64,000 nucleotides of DNA from Thainema sp. (GCA_052168235.1 JBQLZK010000003.1:64001-128000), one strand, 5' to 3'; positions 41,176-51,828 are shown, numbered from the stretch's first letter. Notes: generated by a model from the letters alone, not told the origin. Translations and numbers: made by a program.

Positions 41176-42222
41176 ATGGATGTGAAGTGGCTGTTACAGA
41201 TAAGTGGAGGGCTGACCGCTGCGGCGGCAGGCGCGATCGCAGTTTTCTTTCTCTGGGCTACTTCTGGCGTCTATCCTATTGATCGGTACACCGAGATTCG
41301 CTCGTCTGAGGACGGTGCTGAGGACAGTACTGATAACGGTGCGACTGCTGATCCGCTCTCCAATCTAGGGGGCACGACTGACACGCTAACCGTTGTCACC
41401 TATAACATCGGCTATTTATCTGGACTCACAAATAATCAAGCTGTTGAGCGCGATCGCAGCTTGTTTGACACCAACCAGCAAACTGCGATCGCAGCTCTCA
41501 ACTCTGCCGATGCCGATTTTATTGCCTTTCAGGAAATTGATTTCGACGCCAAGCGGTCATTTTTTGTCGATCAGGTGGCCGCGATTGCTCAGGGTTTGGG
41601 ATTTCCTCAAGCTGCGATCGCAATTAACTGGAATAAGCGCTACGTACCGTTTCCCTATTGGCCACCTGCGGCCCATTTCGGCCAAGTGGTCTCCGGTCAG
41701 GCAGTACTGAGTCGTTATCCCATTACCGAAAACGAGCGGGTTGTGCTGCAAAAAGTGGCGGACAAACCGTTCTATTACAACGCGCTATACCTGGATCGAC
41801 TGGCGCAGGTCACACAAGTTGACGTTGATGGGCAGCCGCTGGTGCTGATCAACGTGCATTTGGAAGCGTTTGACGAACCGACACGACGCCAGCAAACGGC
41901 AACCGTTCTGGAGCTGTACAACCAATACGCCGCCGACTATCCGGTTATCCTGCTGGGCGACTTCAACAGTTCAATTCCCGGCAGTGAAGAAGCCGACCCA
42001 ACGATTAATCAACTGCTCCAAGCTGAAGGAATTGCTGTCGCCACACCACCCGCCGACTTCGCCAATCAGCTCACCTTTCCCTCAGACACCCCCACCGTCA
42101 AGCTCGACTACATCTTCTACGATCCAGCAGACATCGAACCACTCAACGCCAGCGTGATGACCAACGCCGCCCAAGCCTCCGATCACCTACCCGTGCGGAT
42201 GGATTTTCGTTTACGCGATTAA
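41176..42222 (+). CDS. Endonuclease/exonuclease/phosphatase family protein with N-terminal membrane anchor
   Basis: VVTYNIGY, FQEID, NVHL, LLGDFN, LDYIF, SDHLPV. Confidence 0.9.
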   Translation: MDVKWLLQISGGLTAAAAGAIAVFFLWATSGVYPIDRYTEIRSSEDGAEDSTDNGATADPLSNLGGTTDTLTVVTYNIGYLSGLTNNQAVERDRSLFDTNQQTAIAALNSADADFIAFQEIDFDAKRSFFVDQVAAIAQGLGFPQAAIAINWNKRYVPFPYWPPAAHFGQVVSGQAVLSRYPITENERVVLQKVADKPFYYNALYLDRLAQVTQVDVDGQPLVLINVHLEAFDEPTRRQQTATVLELYNQYAADYPVILLGDFNSSIPGSEEADPTINQLLQAEGIAVATPPADFANQLTFPSDTPTVKLDYIFYDPADIEPLNASVMTNAAQASDHLPVRMDFRLRD

Positions 42223-42263
42223 GATTTTGGCTACTAAAAAATCCTGAAAAATGATGCGCGGCT

Positions 42264-42331
42264 GTAGGGGCAGGTTTAGCCGCCAAATGGTTTATCTCAG
42301 TCCAGCTTGACTATCAAAACCTGCCCCCTAC
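42264..42331. repeat. REP/REPIN-like element
   Basis: GTAGGGGCAGGTTT...AAAACCTGCCCCCTAC. Confidence 0.75.
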
Positions 42332-42368
42332 GGGATGTTTCGGTATTTTAAGGTTAAATTTGTCGATT

Positions 42369-42899
42369 ATGTCATCTGCATCTTCTTCGCCACAAAACGA
42401 CCTCGGCCAGTGGGGAGAAGATTTTGTTGCCAAGTGGCTAGAGAAACAGGGCTGGATAATATTGCAGCGTCGCTGGCACTGTCGCTGGGGTGAGCTGGAT
42501 TTAGTGGCGCAGTTTCCGTTACAGAGACAAGTGCGATCGCACTTCAACCAACCTGTCCAATCTTGTGAATCAGATCAGAGCACAACAGGCATCGCCTTTG
42601 TCGAAGTCAAAACCCGCAGCCAGGGCAGTTGGGACGCCAATGGCTTGCAGTCGATCACTCCCGCCAAGCAGCAAAAACTCTGGCAGGCAGCTCACCTATT
42701 TTTAGCGGACTATCCAGACTTAGCCACATTACCCTGTCGGTTTGACGTGGCGCTTGTATATCACCAGCGCTTCCAATCATCTCAATCTCGCCCAGTACCC
42801 ACCCCGAAATGGGTCGCACCCTCGCCGCAGATTGGCTACACGCTCGTACTACAAGATTACATTCCCTCTGCCTTTGAACTGAGTGAGGGAAACGCCTGA
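42369..42899 (+). CDS. YraN family PD-(D/E)xK nuclease-like protein
   Basis: LGQWGE, WGELDLVA, FVEVKTRS, CRFDVA. Confidence 0.9.
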   Translation: MSSASSSPQNDLGQWGEDFVAKWLEKQGWIILQRRWHCRWGELDLVAQFPLQRQVRSHFNQPVQSCESDQSTTGIAFVEVKTRSQGSWDANGLQSITPAKQQKLWQAAHLFLADYPDLATLPCRFDVALVYHQRFQSSQSRPVPTPKWVAPSPQIGYTLVLQDYIPSAFELSEGNA

Positions 42900-42901
42900 C
42901 A

Positions 42902-44239
42902 TTACAGCGTATAAGTAAATCCATCGACGATGATGCCGGGAACCCTGATGCCGCCTAAGCTGCGGCTGCCGTAGGTGCCGACATCGGGGACGAATTCCTG
43001 GAAATCGGTCAGCGCCACGAGCTGATCGCCAAAACAGCGATAGAGGCTTTCGTCAAAGCGCAGATTTTCAATCGGGGCAACAATTTCGCCGTTTTCCACC
43101 CAGAAACAGGCGTAGCGGGTCATGCCAGTAATTCGTCCGCTGGGCTGGTCGCTCCAGTTGAGATAGTGCAGATTCGACAGGTAAAGTCCTCTATCCAGCG
43201 TTTTAAGAATATCGTCAGCCGCGAGTGAACCGGGACACACTTCGGGCGATCGCAAATATTCACCGCTAGCTGCACCGTTAGCAGTTTTGCCATATTCTTT
43301 GGCGGTGCGGGAACTGATCAGCGTGTTCTTAAGCTGACCGTTTTCAATAATTGACAGCTCTTTCGGGGCAACTTCCCCCAAATCGTTGAACCGAGGCACG
43401 GCACCATACTGAAAGTTTTCCCGCAGCGTAAACTGAGACGAGAGCTGCTTTTCGCCCCGCTGGAGTGCGCCTAGAGCGCTGCCGCCCCGCTGCAGAGAGG
43501 CTTCACTAACGGCTCCCCAAGAAAACATAGAAATCAGTTCAGCCAGAGCTTCTGGAGCGAGATAGGTGCGATATTGCCCTCGTGCGATCGCTTTTGGTGG
43601 ATTGGCCATCAGCTGCTCCAGCTGGTTCTTGGAGGTGTGAATTTTGTCGGCGTAGGTGTCGGTATGCCAATCGCTGCCAGCAAAGATGCCTTTGACAGCC
43701 TGATTGTCGGGCGTAAACAGGGAATAGTCGAGGGAAAATGTTTCCGTCGCGAACCAGTGGCGCTGTCCGGCAGAATCGGCATAGGCGCGCACAATCCAGC
43801 CGCCAGCATAGAGTCCCACAAAGTCTAAGTTTTCAACTTGGGACAGGACGGTTGAAACCACCTTTTCCGGTTCCAGAAGATGCCCGGTGTAAACATCATG
43901 ACTTTGGGCATCTCCAGTTGGAATCACAAGATAAGGATCTTCGGGCAGTTGGGCGACTTCGTCTCGCAGATCGGCCAGCGCCATCTGTACCATTGCACCG
44001 TCAGTTTCCGCATTGCCCGTGAACGGCACTTCACAGGACGCTGTCCGCTGATTGTGTATCAGGGTCAGCTCGATGTTGCCGTCAATCACGGAACCCGTTT
44101 GACGCACTTTGGCGTGATTGAATCGGGTAAACTGGCTCTCTTCGGCAGATAGCGTGATGACTAAATGTTCGCTGGCTTGCACCTGTTCGAGGAGCTGGTG
44201 GACAAGCTGATTAAAGGCCGTTTCCAGATGATTCAACAT
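42902..44239 (-). CDS. TldD/PmbA family protein (TldE-like partner)
   Basis: TRFNHAKVRQ, YLAPEA, LYLSNLHYLNWSD, TGMTRYACFWVENG; no HExxH seen. Confidence 0.88.
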   Translation of the reverse strand: MLNHLETAFNQLVHQLLEQVQASEHLVITLSAEESQFTRFNHAKVRQTGSVIDGNIELTLIHNQRTASCEVPFTGNAETDGAMVQMALADLRDEVAQLPEDPYLVIPTGDAQSHDVYTGHLLEPEKVVSTVLSQVENLDFVGLYAGGWIVRAYADSAGQRHWFATETFSLDYSLFTPDNQAVKGIFAGSDWHTDTYADKIHTSKNQLEQLMANPPKAIARGQYRTYLAPEALAELISMFSWGAVSEASLQRGGSALGALQRGEKQLSSQFTLRENFQYGAVPRFNDLGEVAPKELSIIENGQLKNTLISSRTAKEYGKTANGAASGEYLRSPEVCPGSLAADDILKTLDRGLYLSNLHYLNWSDQPSGRITGMTRYACFWVENGEIVAPIENLRFDESLYRCFGDQLVALTDFQEFVPDVGTYGSRSLGGIRVPGIIVDGFTYTL

Positions 44240-44315
44240 GACCAAAGTTCAACACAAATAGGGGACAAAGGTTGCGAGATGCAGTTCTCCTTAGCCTATC
44301 TTATGTCTGTGTCAC

Positions 44316-44696
44316 TTATCGGCCTGCGTAGTAGGTTTCAATCCAGCTCCGTAGCTCATTATCGGATTCGGCGTAGATGGCTCGGCCTGTGATCGGGTCA
44401 TAGCCATACCACCAGTGCTGGCCTTGGGAATCCGTAAATTCGCTCACCTTCAAATCTGACCAATGCATCACGATATTCATGACTTGGTTCCAAATTCTGC
44501 GGATAGGATGTGCAGGAACAGAACTGGCGGTTGCAGTGGAATTAACCAGTTGGCGCTCTTCTTGCCGAAGCTGAGCCATCAGTGCCGCATCGTGGCGGGC
44601 TTCTGCGGCCTGAAAACGACGGACTAGCAATCTTGCCATATTGGCTCGATGCCGGGCGGTTAAAGCAGACAAACGTTTGAGTGAAGCAGTAGTCAT
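44316..44696 (-). CDS. Hypothetical protein: PirA-like N-terminus plus W-rich C-terminal domain
   Basis: HRANMARLLVRRFQAAEARHDAALMAQLRQEERQL, then WWYGYDPITG...ELRSWIETYY. Confidence 0.7.
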   Translation of the reverse strand: MTTASLKRLSALTARHRANMARLLVRRFQAAEARHDAALMAQLRQEERQLVNSTATASSVPAHPIRRIWNQVMNIVMHWSDLKVSEFTDSQGQHWWYGYDPITGRAIYAESDNELRSWIETYYAGR

Positions 44697-44760
44697 AACA
44701 TTGACACCTAGAAAATAAAGTATTTGGAGAATTTTCAGATCTTAATTTTAAAATTATTTC

Positions 44761-44776
44761 TGTAAATCTAGCTACA
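44761..44776. promoter_or_regulatory. NtcA-binding consensus (TGTA-N8-TACA)
   Basis: TGTAAATCTAGCTACA, 64 bp upstream of the 44696 start codon. Confidence 0.6.
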
Positions 44777-44890
44777 GAATTGTCTTGTTTTCATGAAAAT
44801 ACATCGCTCGCAAGAAAAACGGATAGAGAATGGCGTTGTGCGGTTCTCTATCCGTTCTGATCAGTTTTTTAATATGAGCGCTTTTAAGCC

Positions 44891-45484
44891 TTAAGCTCGT
44901 CCTCGAACAAACTGGAGCGTAATTTCTGCCACGCGTTTGCCATAGGCTTCTGCCGTAGCAAGATCACCTGGAGACGGCGCACCCGGTGGATCAACCTGGA
45001 AGCTGGTTGCCATTGCGCCTGCAAACGAGCCGACGCGATTCATTACATCAGGACCAGGACCAGCCAAACTATTCATTGAATCAGGATCAGATGCCGCTGG
45101 CATCATACCTGTACCGACGTAGATCATGCCGTGCTGCATAGCATTAATCATCAGGCCAACCAGCGTGTTGAGTTTGTCACCCGAAAAAGAGCTGGAGTTC
45201 GTAAAGGCTCCGGCAATTTTGTTACTCCAGGCTTGAGTGAACCATTTTTTAGCGGCGACCTCAATAAACTCCTTCATCTTGGCGGAAATGTTGCCCATGT
45301 ACGTTGGACAACCAAAGATCATGGCATCGGCACTATCAAGATCGTCCAAACGCGCGATCGCATCTTCGGTAGTGATCAGTTCTGCGTCAATTCCGTCTAC
45401 ACCCGCAGCACCTTTATAAACGGCCTCGGCCTGCTGCTTGGTATGACCGTAACCACTGTGATAAATGACAAAGAGCTTGTTCAT
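44891..45484 (-). CDS. Flavodoxin-like/WrbA family protein
   Basis: YHSGYGHT, FGCPTYMG, SGDKLNTL. Confidence 0.9.
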   Translation of the reverse strand: MNKLFVIYHSGYGHTKQQAEAVYKGAAGVDGIDAELITTEDAIARLDDLDSADAMIFGCPTYMGNISAKMKEFIEVAAKKWFTQAWSNKIAGAFTNSSSFSGDKLNTLVGLMINAMQHGMIYVGTGMMPAASDPDSMNSLAGPGPDVMNRVGSFAGAMATSFQVDPPGAPSPGDLATAEAYGKRVAEITLQFVRGRA

Positions 45485-45942
45485 GATGGTTGTTGCAAGA
45501 CCTGTGTGATTGAGAAATTACATGCGTAGCGTCAGCACAATAGCAATTCGGAGAATGGGCTGGAAGTCGTATGAAGCACAGTTTTCAGAAAGCAAACTTC
45601 AACCTCAAACCAAGCCATCTGCTGTATCGATCATGAATTAACTTCTCAAGGAAGACAATACGCCATATCAAATACACACTGTCCCTATTTAGATGACAAT
45701 AAGTGTGACTATTTTTGCGATCGCAATATTTGCGCTTGCAACAAAGTGAAAGTGGTAGAAGTAGATGGATTGGCTGGTGGTGGTGAGAAATTCATGCTTC
45801 TCGCTTACGGTAATAAGCTGGCGATTAATCTGGAAATGGATGGTGTGGGCAAGTCTGCACCTGCGATCGCAAGTTCATCGCCAGTTCAGAAGGCTACTGG
45901 TCGAAAAGCTTTAGAGAACGGGAAGCTATGGAGAAATAGGGC

Positions 45943-46464
45943 ATGTTGGGAACGAGGTGGGAACGGGTTGAATATACGACACACTGTCGCTGGATGGAGC
46001 GGGCGATGGAGTTGGCGGCGGCAGCAGGTGCGGCGGGGGATGTGCCAGTTGGGGCGGTGATTGTCGATGAGCAGGGGCAGTTAGTTGCGGAAGCGGAGAA
46101 TCGCAAGGAGCGCGATCTCGATCCGACGGGTCATGCAGAAATCTTAGCGCTGCGGCAGGCCGGCCAAATACTTAACAACTGGCACCTCAATACCTGCACG
46201 CTGTATGTAACGCTGGAACCCTGCCCAATGTGTGCGGGGGCCATTGTGCAAGCGCGGGTGGGACTGCTGGTTTACGGAGTGGATGATCCTAAAACGGGTG
46301 CTGTGCGTACAGCTATGAATATTCCCGATAGTGCCTGTTCCAATCATCGGCTGACGGTGCTGGGTGGAATTCAAGCAGAACGTTGTCGGGAGCAGCTTCA
46401 GAAGTGGTTTCAGCGGCGGCGGGAGGTAAGGAGTGAGAAAGTGAGGAGTAAGGGAAGAAAGTAA
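45943..46464 (+). CDS. tadA: tRNA adenosine(34) deaminase
   Basis: DVPVGAV, HAEILAL, LYVTLEPCPMCAGA, DPKTGA; start uncertain. Confidence 0.92.
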   Translation: MLGTRWERVEYTTHCRWMERAMELAAAAGAAGDVPVGAVIVDEQGQLVAEAENRKERDLDPTGHAEILALRQAGQILNNWHLNTCTLYVTLEPCPMCAGAIVQARVGLLVYGVDDPKTGAVRTAMNIPDSACSNHRLTVLGGIQAERCREQLQKWFQRRREVRSEKVRSKGRK

Positions 46465-46877
46465 AAGCGTGGGAGAGTAGGAGCGTAGGAGTGTGGCTTG
46501 GGGTTAAGTGTGGGATGGAGAGTGGGAGTGAAGTTTTGGGTTAAAGAAATTTGAGTGGTTTCTATCGGGAGTTGGACGGAAAATTCGGCCAAAATCAGTC
46601 GATTGAACGTGACACCAGGGAAAGTGTCTAAGAGAGGATCAAGAAGTGTGGCATCACCCTTTAGGGTTTAGGAAGGTTAATCGAGCAGCATCAAATGCGT
46701 TAGCTTCGTTAATCTCATCAGTTGTTTACCTATCCAGCCTATTGGAGCGCCAGGTCGAAGTTTATTTGATTGAAAATCCATTTTGCTAAGGGATTCGATA
46801 TCAGTATCAGTTTCGATCGGGCTGCTTGGGGTGCAATCCATTGCAACCTTGTATCCTGAACCGCGATAGATCCTTAC

Positions 46878-47678
46878 ATGGCTTCAAATCATCCAGCTCA
46901 ATCGTCATCTCAATCATCTAATCAACCATCCGGCGCGATCGCAACGTCTGCATCTTGTCAGCCAACAACCTCTCGATTTTCGCCGTGGCTGACTCCGACA
47001 GCCTACTGGTTGGGAAACAAGATTGTTTTCCCGGCCTATTTTGGCGACATTCGGGTGACAGGGCAGCACTATCTGCCGCGTCACGGCCCAGTGATTCTGG
47101 CTCCGCTGCATAAGTCCCGCTGGGATGCCCTGATGGTTCCCTATGCGGCGGGTCGAGCGGTGACGGGGCGCGATTTGCACTTTATGGTGACCGCCAATGA
47201 AGTTAAAGGACTACAGGGCTGGTTTATCCGCCGTCTGGGAGGATTTCCCATTGACCCGAACCGACCGGGAATCAGCAGTTTGCGTCACGGGATCGAACTG
47301 CTGGGCCAGGGTGAAATGATGGTAATTTTTCCGGAAGGCGGTATCTTCCGCGATCGCGAAGTTCACCCGTTAAAGCCAGGATTAGCGCGTCTAGCCCTCC
47401 AGGCTCAGTCTATCCAGACGGATCAAGACGTGCGGATTGTTCCCATTTCGATTGCTTACGATCCGCTAAATCCGCGCTGGGGCTGTGATGTCGAGGTCAA
47501 TATTGGCAAACCGCTGAACGTGCGGCACTACCAAACCGCTCCAACCAAGCAGGCCGCGCAGCAGTTGACTACCGACCTCAATCGCTCATTGTCCTATCTG
47601 CTGACGGGGAAACGCCAAATTGAGGCAGCAGACGACTCGCGGCGCGAATTGTTGCTCACGTCTTCTGGACATCGTTAG
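46878..47678 (+). CDS. Lysophospholipid acyltransferase (PlsC-like)
   Basis: HKSRWD (HxxxxD), GGFPID, IFPEG, KPGLA. Confidence 0.9.
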   Translation: MASNHPAQSSSQSSNQPSGAIATSASCQPTTSRFSPWLTPTAYWLGNKIVFPAYFGDIRVTGQHYLPRHGPVILAPLHKSRWDALMVPYAAGRAVTGRDLHFMVTANEVKGLQGWFIRRLGGFPIDPNRPGISSLRHGIELLGQGEMMVIFPEGGIFRDREVHPLKPGLARLALQAQSIQTDQDVRIVPISIAYDPLNPRWGCDVEVNIGKPLNVRHYQTAPTKQAAQQLTTDLNRSLSYLLTGKRQIEAADDSRRELLLTSSGHR

Positions 47679-47694
47679 GAACTCACCCAAGACC

Positions 47695-47732
47695 CAAAAA
47701 AGAGCCACCCCGTGCGAGGTGGCTCTTTTTTG
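47695..47732. terminator. Bidirectional intrinsic terminator
   Basis: CAAAAAAGAGCCACC...GGTGGCTCTTTTTTG between convergent genes. Confidence 0.8.
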
Positions 47733-47744
47733 TCTGGCTGTAAT

Positions 47745-48950
47745 TCAGCTTGTGCCAGCGTGGGAGGCGTGACGCGTTAAGCAGATGAAACCAACTGCGA
47801 TCGCAACTGCTGATCCAACAAAAAAGACGGCGATGCCGTAGTACTTCCAAACTGGGCCAAGCAGCAGCGGCGACAAAAACTGTCCCAGCGACGATGCACC
47901 TGTGCCAATCGCCAGCACGCCAGCCCGCTGACCTTCGGGCGCAAACTTAGCCAAGATGTCGTACAGATTGGGCATCACGACGCCAAAGCCCAAACCAAAG
48001 CCCAGAGCCGCAAGTAAAATTGACCCTGGTTGATCCAGATAGGGCACGGTGGCGAGTGCCATCGCCATGCCCAAAAAGCCCACCATAATGGCACCATTGA
48101 TCCCCAATCGTCTGGCAATGCGGCTGGCTCCCACTGCCGAGATCACCGACGCACCAATTGCCCGTGAAGCCAGAATCGCCCCGTTCAGGAGCGTACTCGC
48201 ATCAATCGTCTGCTTGTAGTAGAGCGGTGCATAGACAATCACGATGTAGAAAACAGCAGAGGCCATCGCTAGGGCTAGAAAAGCGAGCAGCACACCGGGT
48301 TTGACCAACACGCGCAGCAGTTCGTCTTTGTGGCTGAGATCAACCGTAGACGCGGATTGAGTGACGGGTTTGCGTAGAACAAATATTGCCAGCAGCATAA
48401 TTGGAATCGCCATCACATATAGCCCAAAGGCATAGCGCCAGTTGTATGATCCCAGCCAGCCTCCCAGCAGCGGAAAGAAGATGCTGGAGGAGGCCAGAGC
48501 ACTGGTGGCATAGCCCATTGCCCGCGATCGCGCATCACCATCAAACATGCTGGCCAGGAAGCCAATCCCTCCAGCCGCAATGCCTCCAGCCGCTACTCCG
48601 ACCAGAGCGCGGCTCACCATCATAAATGCAAAACTTTGGGCAAACGCACCCATCATGCCAAAGATGCTGTAGAGCAGCAGCGACGGGATCAGGACTTTGA
48701 ACTTGCCAATCCGGTCGGCCAGGATACCGCAGATGGGACTGGCTAGAGCAATTGTCAGCGTGTGCATGCCCACCATGACGCCCGCCCACTGGGGATCAAT
48801 ATTGAACTGTTCCACCACCTCCGGAAAAACGGGGGCCACAACGCCACCCACCACGCTGGTGAGCGCACCTGCCGACATGAGTACGAGCAACAGTGGCAAA
48901 TTGCGACGGGTAAACACTCTGGAAGATTTAGACGAATCGGCAGATGACAT
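47745..48950 (-). CDS. MFS transporter
   Basis: GILADRIGK motif A, about 12 TM segments. Confidence 0.9.
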   Translation of the reverse strand: MSSADSSKSSRVFTRRNLPLLLVLMSAGALTSVVGGVVAPVFPEVVEQFNIDPQWAGVMVGMHTLTIALASPICGILADRIGKFKVLIPSLLLYSIFGMMGAFAQSFAFMMVSRALVGVAAGGIAAGGIGFLASMFDGDARSRAMGYATSALASSSIFFPLLGGWLGSYNWRYAFGLYVMAIPIMLLAIFVLRKPVTQSASTVDLSHKDELLRVLVKPGVLLAFLALAMASAVFYIVIVYAPLYYKQTIDASTLLNGAILASRAIGASVISAVGASRIARRLGINGAIMVGFLGMAMALATVPYLDQPGSILLAALGFGLGFGVVMPNLYDILAKFAPEGQRAGVLAIGTGASSLGQFLSPLLLGPVWKYYGIAVFFVGSAVAIAVGFICLTRHASHAGTS

Positions 48951-49328
48951 AAATATTGTGGTTAAGTACGACGGAAACAGGCAGAACGCTTTATGGCAGA
49001 TAGACTCCTATCTTGCACCAAAACCTAGCAGGAGACTATTGTCATCGTGCGGTGACAGCAAATTAGGCAGCAACAAAAGACGGTTGGGGTTGTTGTACCA
49101 AATTTCGGGACACCAAATTTCATCCAGAGTTGTGCCAACTGGATGAGCTGTCATTGAGCCAATCCACACCGAACCCCAAATCAGGTATGTGTAGAGTCAG
49201 GTCTGCTCCAGCTCATTTGAATCTGTGACGACTCAAATAGTTCCAATGATCTTCTCCCCCACCTGAAGCCGTTAGGCTGAGCTGGATTAACGAGTATCGT
49301 AGTATCACCTTCTGATCAGGCATCATTC

Positions 49329-50480
49329 ATGGATATCGAAACAACTCTCAAAAGCCAAATTGTGCAGAATCGCGTGCGGGAAGTAGGGATCAATCCCAAC
49401 CACTGGTATCCCGTGGAGTGGGCCAATCAGCTTAAGCCCGGTAACGTCATGCCCGTCAAAATCTGGCAGCGTGCGATCGCAGTTTATCGTGACGACCAGG
49501 GTCAGCTTCATGCCCTCGAAGATGCCTGTCCCCATCGTGGCGTGGCGCTGAGCGAAGGCAAAGTCCAGGGTCAGCATCTGGCCTGTGCCTATCACGGCTG
49601 GCAGTTCAGCGGCGAAACGGGCGACTGTGTGCATATTCCCTATCTGCCCCAAGGCCAAAAGCTGCCCTGCGCCCAGGCCCATAGCTTTCCTATTCAAGAA
49701 AAATACGGCCTGATTTGGATTTTTCCTGGCGATCCAGAATTGGCTAATGTGCGATCGCTACCCGATATCAAAGAATTTGATCAACCGGGCTGGCTGATGA
49801 TTCCGATTACGGGGCAGTTTAATGCCCACTTCTCCATCTGCAACGAAAACACGATGGATGTCTTCCACGGCTTTTTGCATGAGGAATTGCAGGGCTGGTT
49901 TGATCCTGTTCTCATCGACCTGAGCGCCACTGACTCCTCCGTCACAGCCAAGTACAACGTGTCCTACAAAGGCCAAATGGCCAAGTTCCTGGGGCTGGCT
50001 GAAAGTGCTGACGAAGTGACCACACTGCCCATCACCATTGACTACCAGTATCCCCACTACCAAAGCACGCTCCAGGGCGTGTCGTCCCTCTATCTGCATC
50101 GGCTCCCGGTGGATCAAACCCACAGTCGATCCTTTGCGTTCTTCTTTTTCCGCGTGCGCCTGCCTCAGTGGATGATTAACTCAATGGCTCCCGTTCTCAG
50201 TCCGGTGCTGCGGCGCTTTGTGCTAGAGCGCTTCCTGGCTCAAGACATTGGCATGATCGAAAGCGAACAGCAAACGTACCTGCAAAATCCTCAGCGACGC
50301 TATGTTGAAATCAACCCCGCCATCATCGCTATTCAGCGGGTGACGGTGCGCCAGTACGATGCCTTTCTCCAGCAGCAGGATCAGTCCGAAGTGCGATCGC
50401 ACTCTGCCCCAGTCACTGGAGAGAACGCACCTTCTGGCACAACGAATCACCTATCCTCAACGGCAACAGAGAGTCGCTAG
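49329..50480 (+). CDS. Rieske non-heme iron oxygenase alpha subunit
   Basis: CPHRG...CAYHGW Rieske ligands; NENTMDVFHGFLH mononuclear iron motif. Confidence 0.92.
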   Translation: MDIETTLKSQIVQNRVREVGINPNHWYPVEWANQLKPGNVMPVKIWQRAIAVYRDDQGQLHALEDACPHRGVALSEGKVQGQHLACAYHGWQFSGETGDCVHIPYLPQGQKLPCAQAHSFPIQEKYGLIWIFPGDPELANVRSLPDIKEFDQPGWLMIPITGQFNAHFSICNENTMDVFHGFLHEELQGWFDPVLIDLSATDSSVTAKYNVSYKGQMAKFLGLAESADEVTTLPITIDYQYPHYQSTLQGVSSLYLHRLPVDQTHSRSFAFFFFRVRLPQWMINSMAPVLSPVLRRFVLERFLAQDIGMIESEQQTYLQNPQRRYVEINPAIIAIQRVTVRQYDAFLQQQDQSEVRSHSAPVTGENAPSGTTNHLSSTATESR

Positions 50481-50716
50481 ATTGAATGCGTAATTGAACA
50501 GGCATTATGCCAAGGCTAAACGACCTGTTGACTCACAAATTTTACTGAAACCAGAAGAGGCTACTGTGCTGCCGCATCGCGGCAGCACAGTAGCCTCTTC
50601 TGGTTCTTGATTTGTCAGGGCAAAGTGAAGTCATCCAAAATCGTGGTTTGTTCGTACTTACAACAGACCGTCGCTATCCAATGGAATCTTCGGTCATGAT
50701 GCTCAAAAATTAAATC

Positions 50717-51439
50717 ATGAATAATCTTGGCACAATCTCGTTCCTCAGCACGATTCTGCTTGGGCTGTTTGCCTCCTCGGCCCAAGCTGCCAGCTTTCAA
50801 GTCGATTTAGATGAGTTGAATGATTCTGGCGTGACCGGAACAGTCATGCTTGATCTGTCTGACGACATGGAATCGCTCACGGTAACGCTGGATGCGATGG
50901 GCTTTGAGCCAAATGTTGATCACGTGGGGCACATCCACGGAGCTTTCGACATGATGGGAGCAGTCGTTGACTCTCAGACTCCAACCCTAGCTCAAGATAC
51001 TGACGAAGACGGCTTTGTTGAACTGGGTGAAGGTGCTCCTGTCTATGGCCCAATCGTGCTGCCCATTGAAACGGTTAATACTCCAGATGGCAGCGCCAGC
51101 TACACCATGACCTACGATCTAACCGATAGCAGCATTTTTGGTAGCAACGTGCTTACATCCGACGATATGGATACCTTCACGGCATCCGACCTTTTTCCTC
51201 TGGACTTTCGCGAGATTGTTTATCACGGTTTGACGGTTGAGCCAGGAGTCGGTACTGGAACGCCAGGTGAGGTTGATGGCACAGGTGGATATCTCGCCGT
51301 TTTGCCTGCCACCGCTGGCGAAATTGTCGCTATCGATGAAGATATGGCTTCTACGCCTGAACCTGCGGCAACAGCAGCACTTGCGATCGCGGGTGTGGGT
51401 AGCATTTTCGGCCTGCGCCGCCGCCAACGCAGGGCATAA
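50717..51439 (+). CDS. Secreted acidic PEP-CTERM protein
   Basis: Signal peptide ending AQA, HVGHIHG, DTDEDGFVELGE loop, TPEP + TM + RRRQRR. Confidence 0.88.
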   Translation: MNNLGTISFLSTILLGLFASSAQAASFQVDLDELNDSGVTGTVMLDLSDDMESLTVTLDAMGFEPNVDHVGHIHGAFDMMGAVVDSQTPTLAQDTDEDGFVELGEGAPVYGPIVLPIETVNTPDGSASYTMTYDLTDSSIFGSNVLTSDDMDTFTASDLFPLDFREIVYHGLTVEPGVGTGTPGEVDGTGGYLAVLPATAGEIVAIDEDMASTPEPAATAALAIAGVGSIFGLRRRQRRA

Positions 51440-51828
51440 CTGAACGGCATAACTGATTAGTTCTTCATTTCAGTTGTGTCGTCCTTATTTCAATCAGGGT
51501 GAGCATCTAGGACAAAATCTAATGTGAAATTACTCCTGTTTTGCACAAAAACCAACGAGGCACTGCGCTGATCTTTTATAAAAATGCAGTGCCTCTTTAG
51601 TTTTGAATGTGGCAATCGCGCTGAGAGCAGTACTCTGGCAGCCAAATTTTATCGATTTGCCCCTTTTCGAGCGCGACCGAAATTCGATAAGATTAGAGAC
51701 TTATTGAACGTAGCAACGCTAATAGTTGGCGACAGCTGAAATTCAGCTGATATTCGGCTGTTCTCCATTAGCGTATTTGAGAACTTTGAGAAGCAGCTCC
51801 TAGCAACCGGGGCACAGAAGGCAGCCAA

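Noticed and set aside
45746..46060. 104-aa ORF overlapping tadA
   Set aside because: Overlaps tadA in another frame and has no recognisable motif
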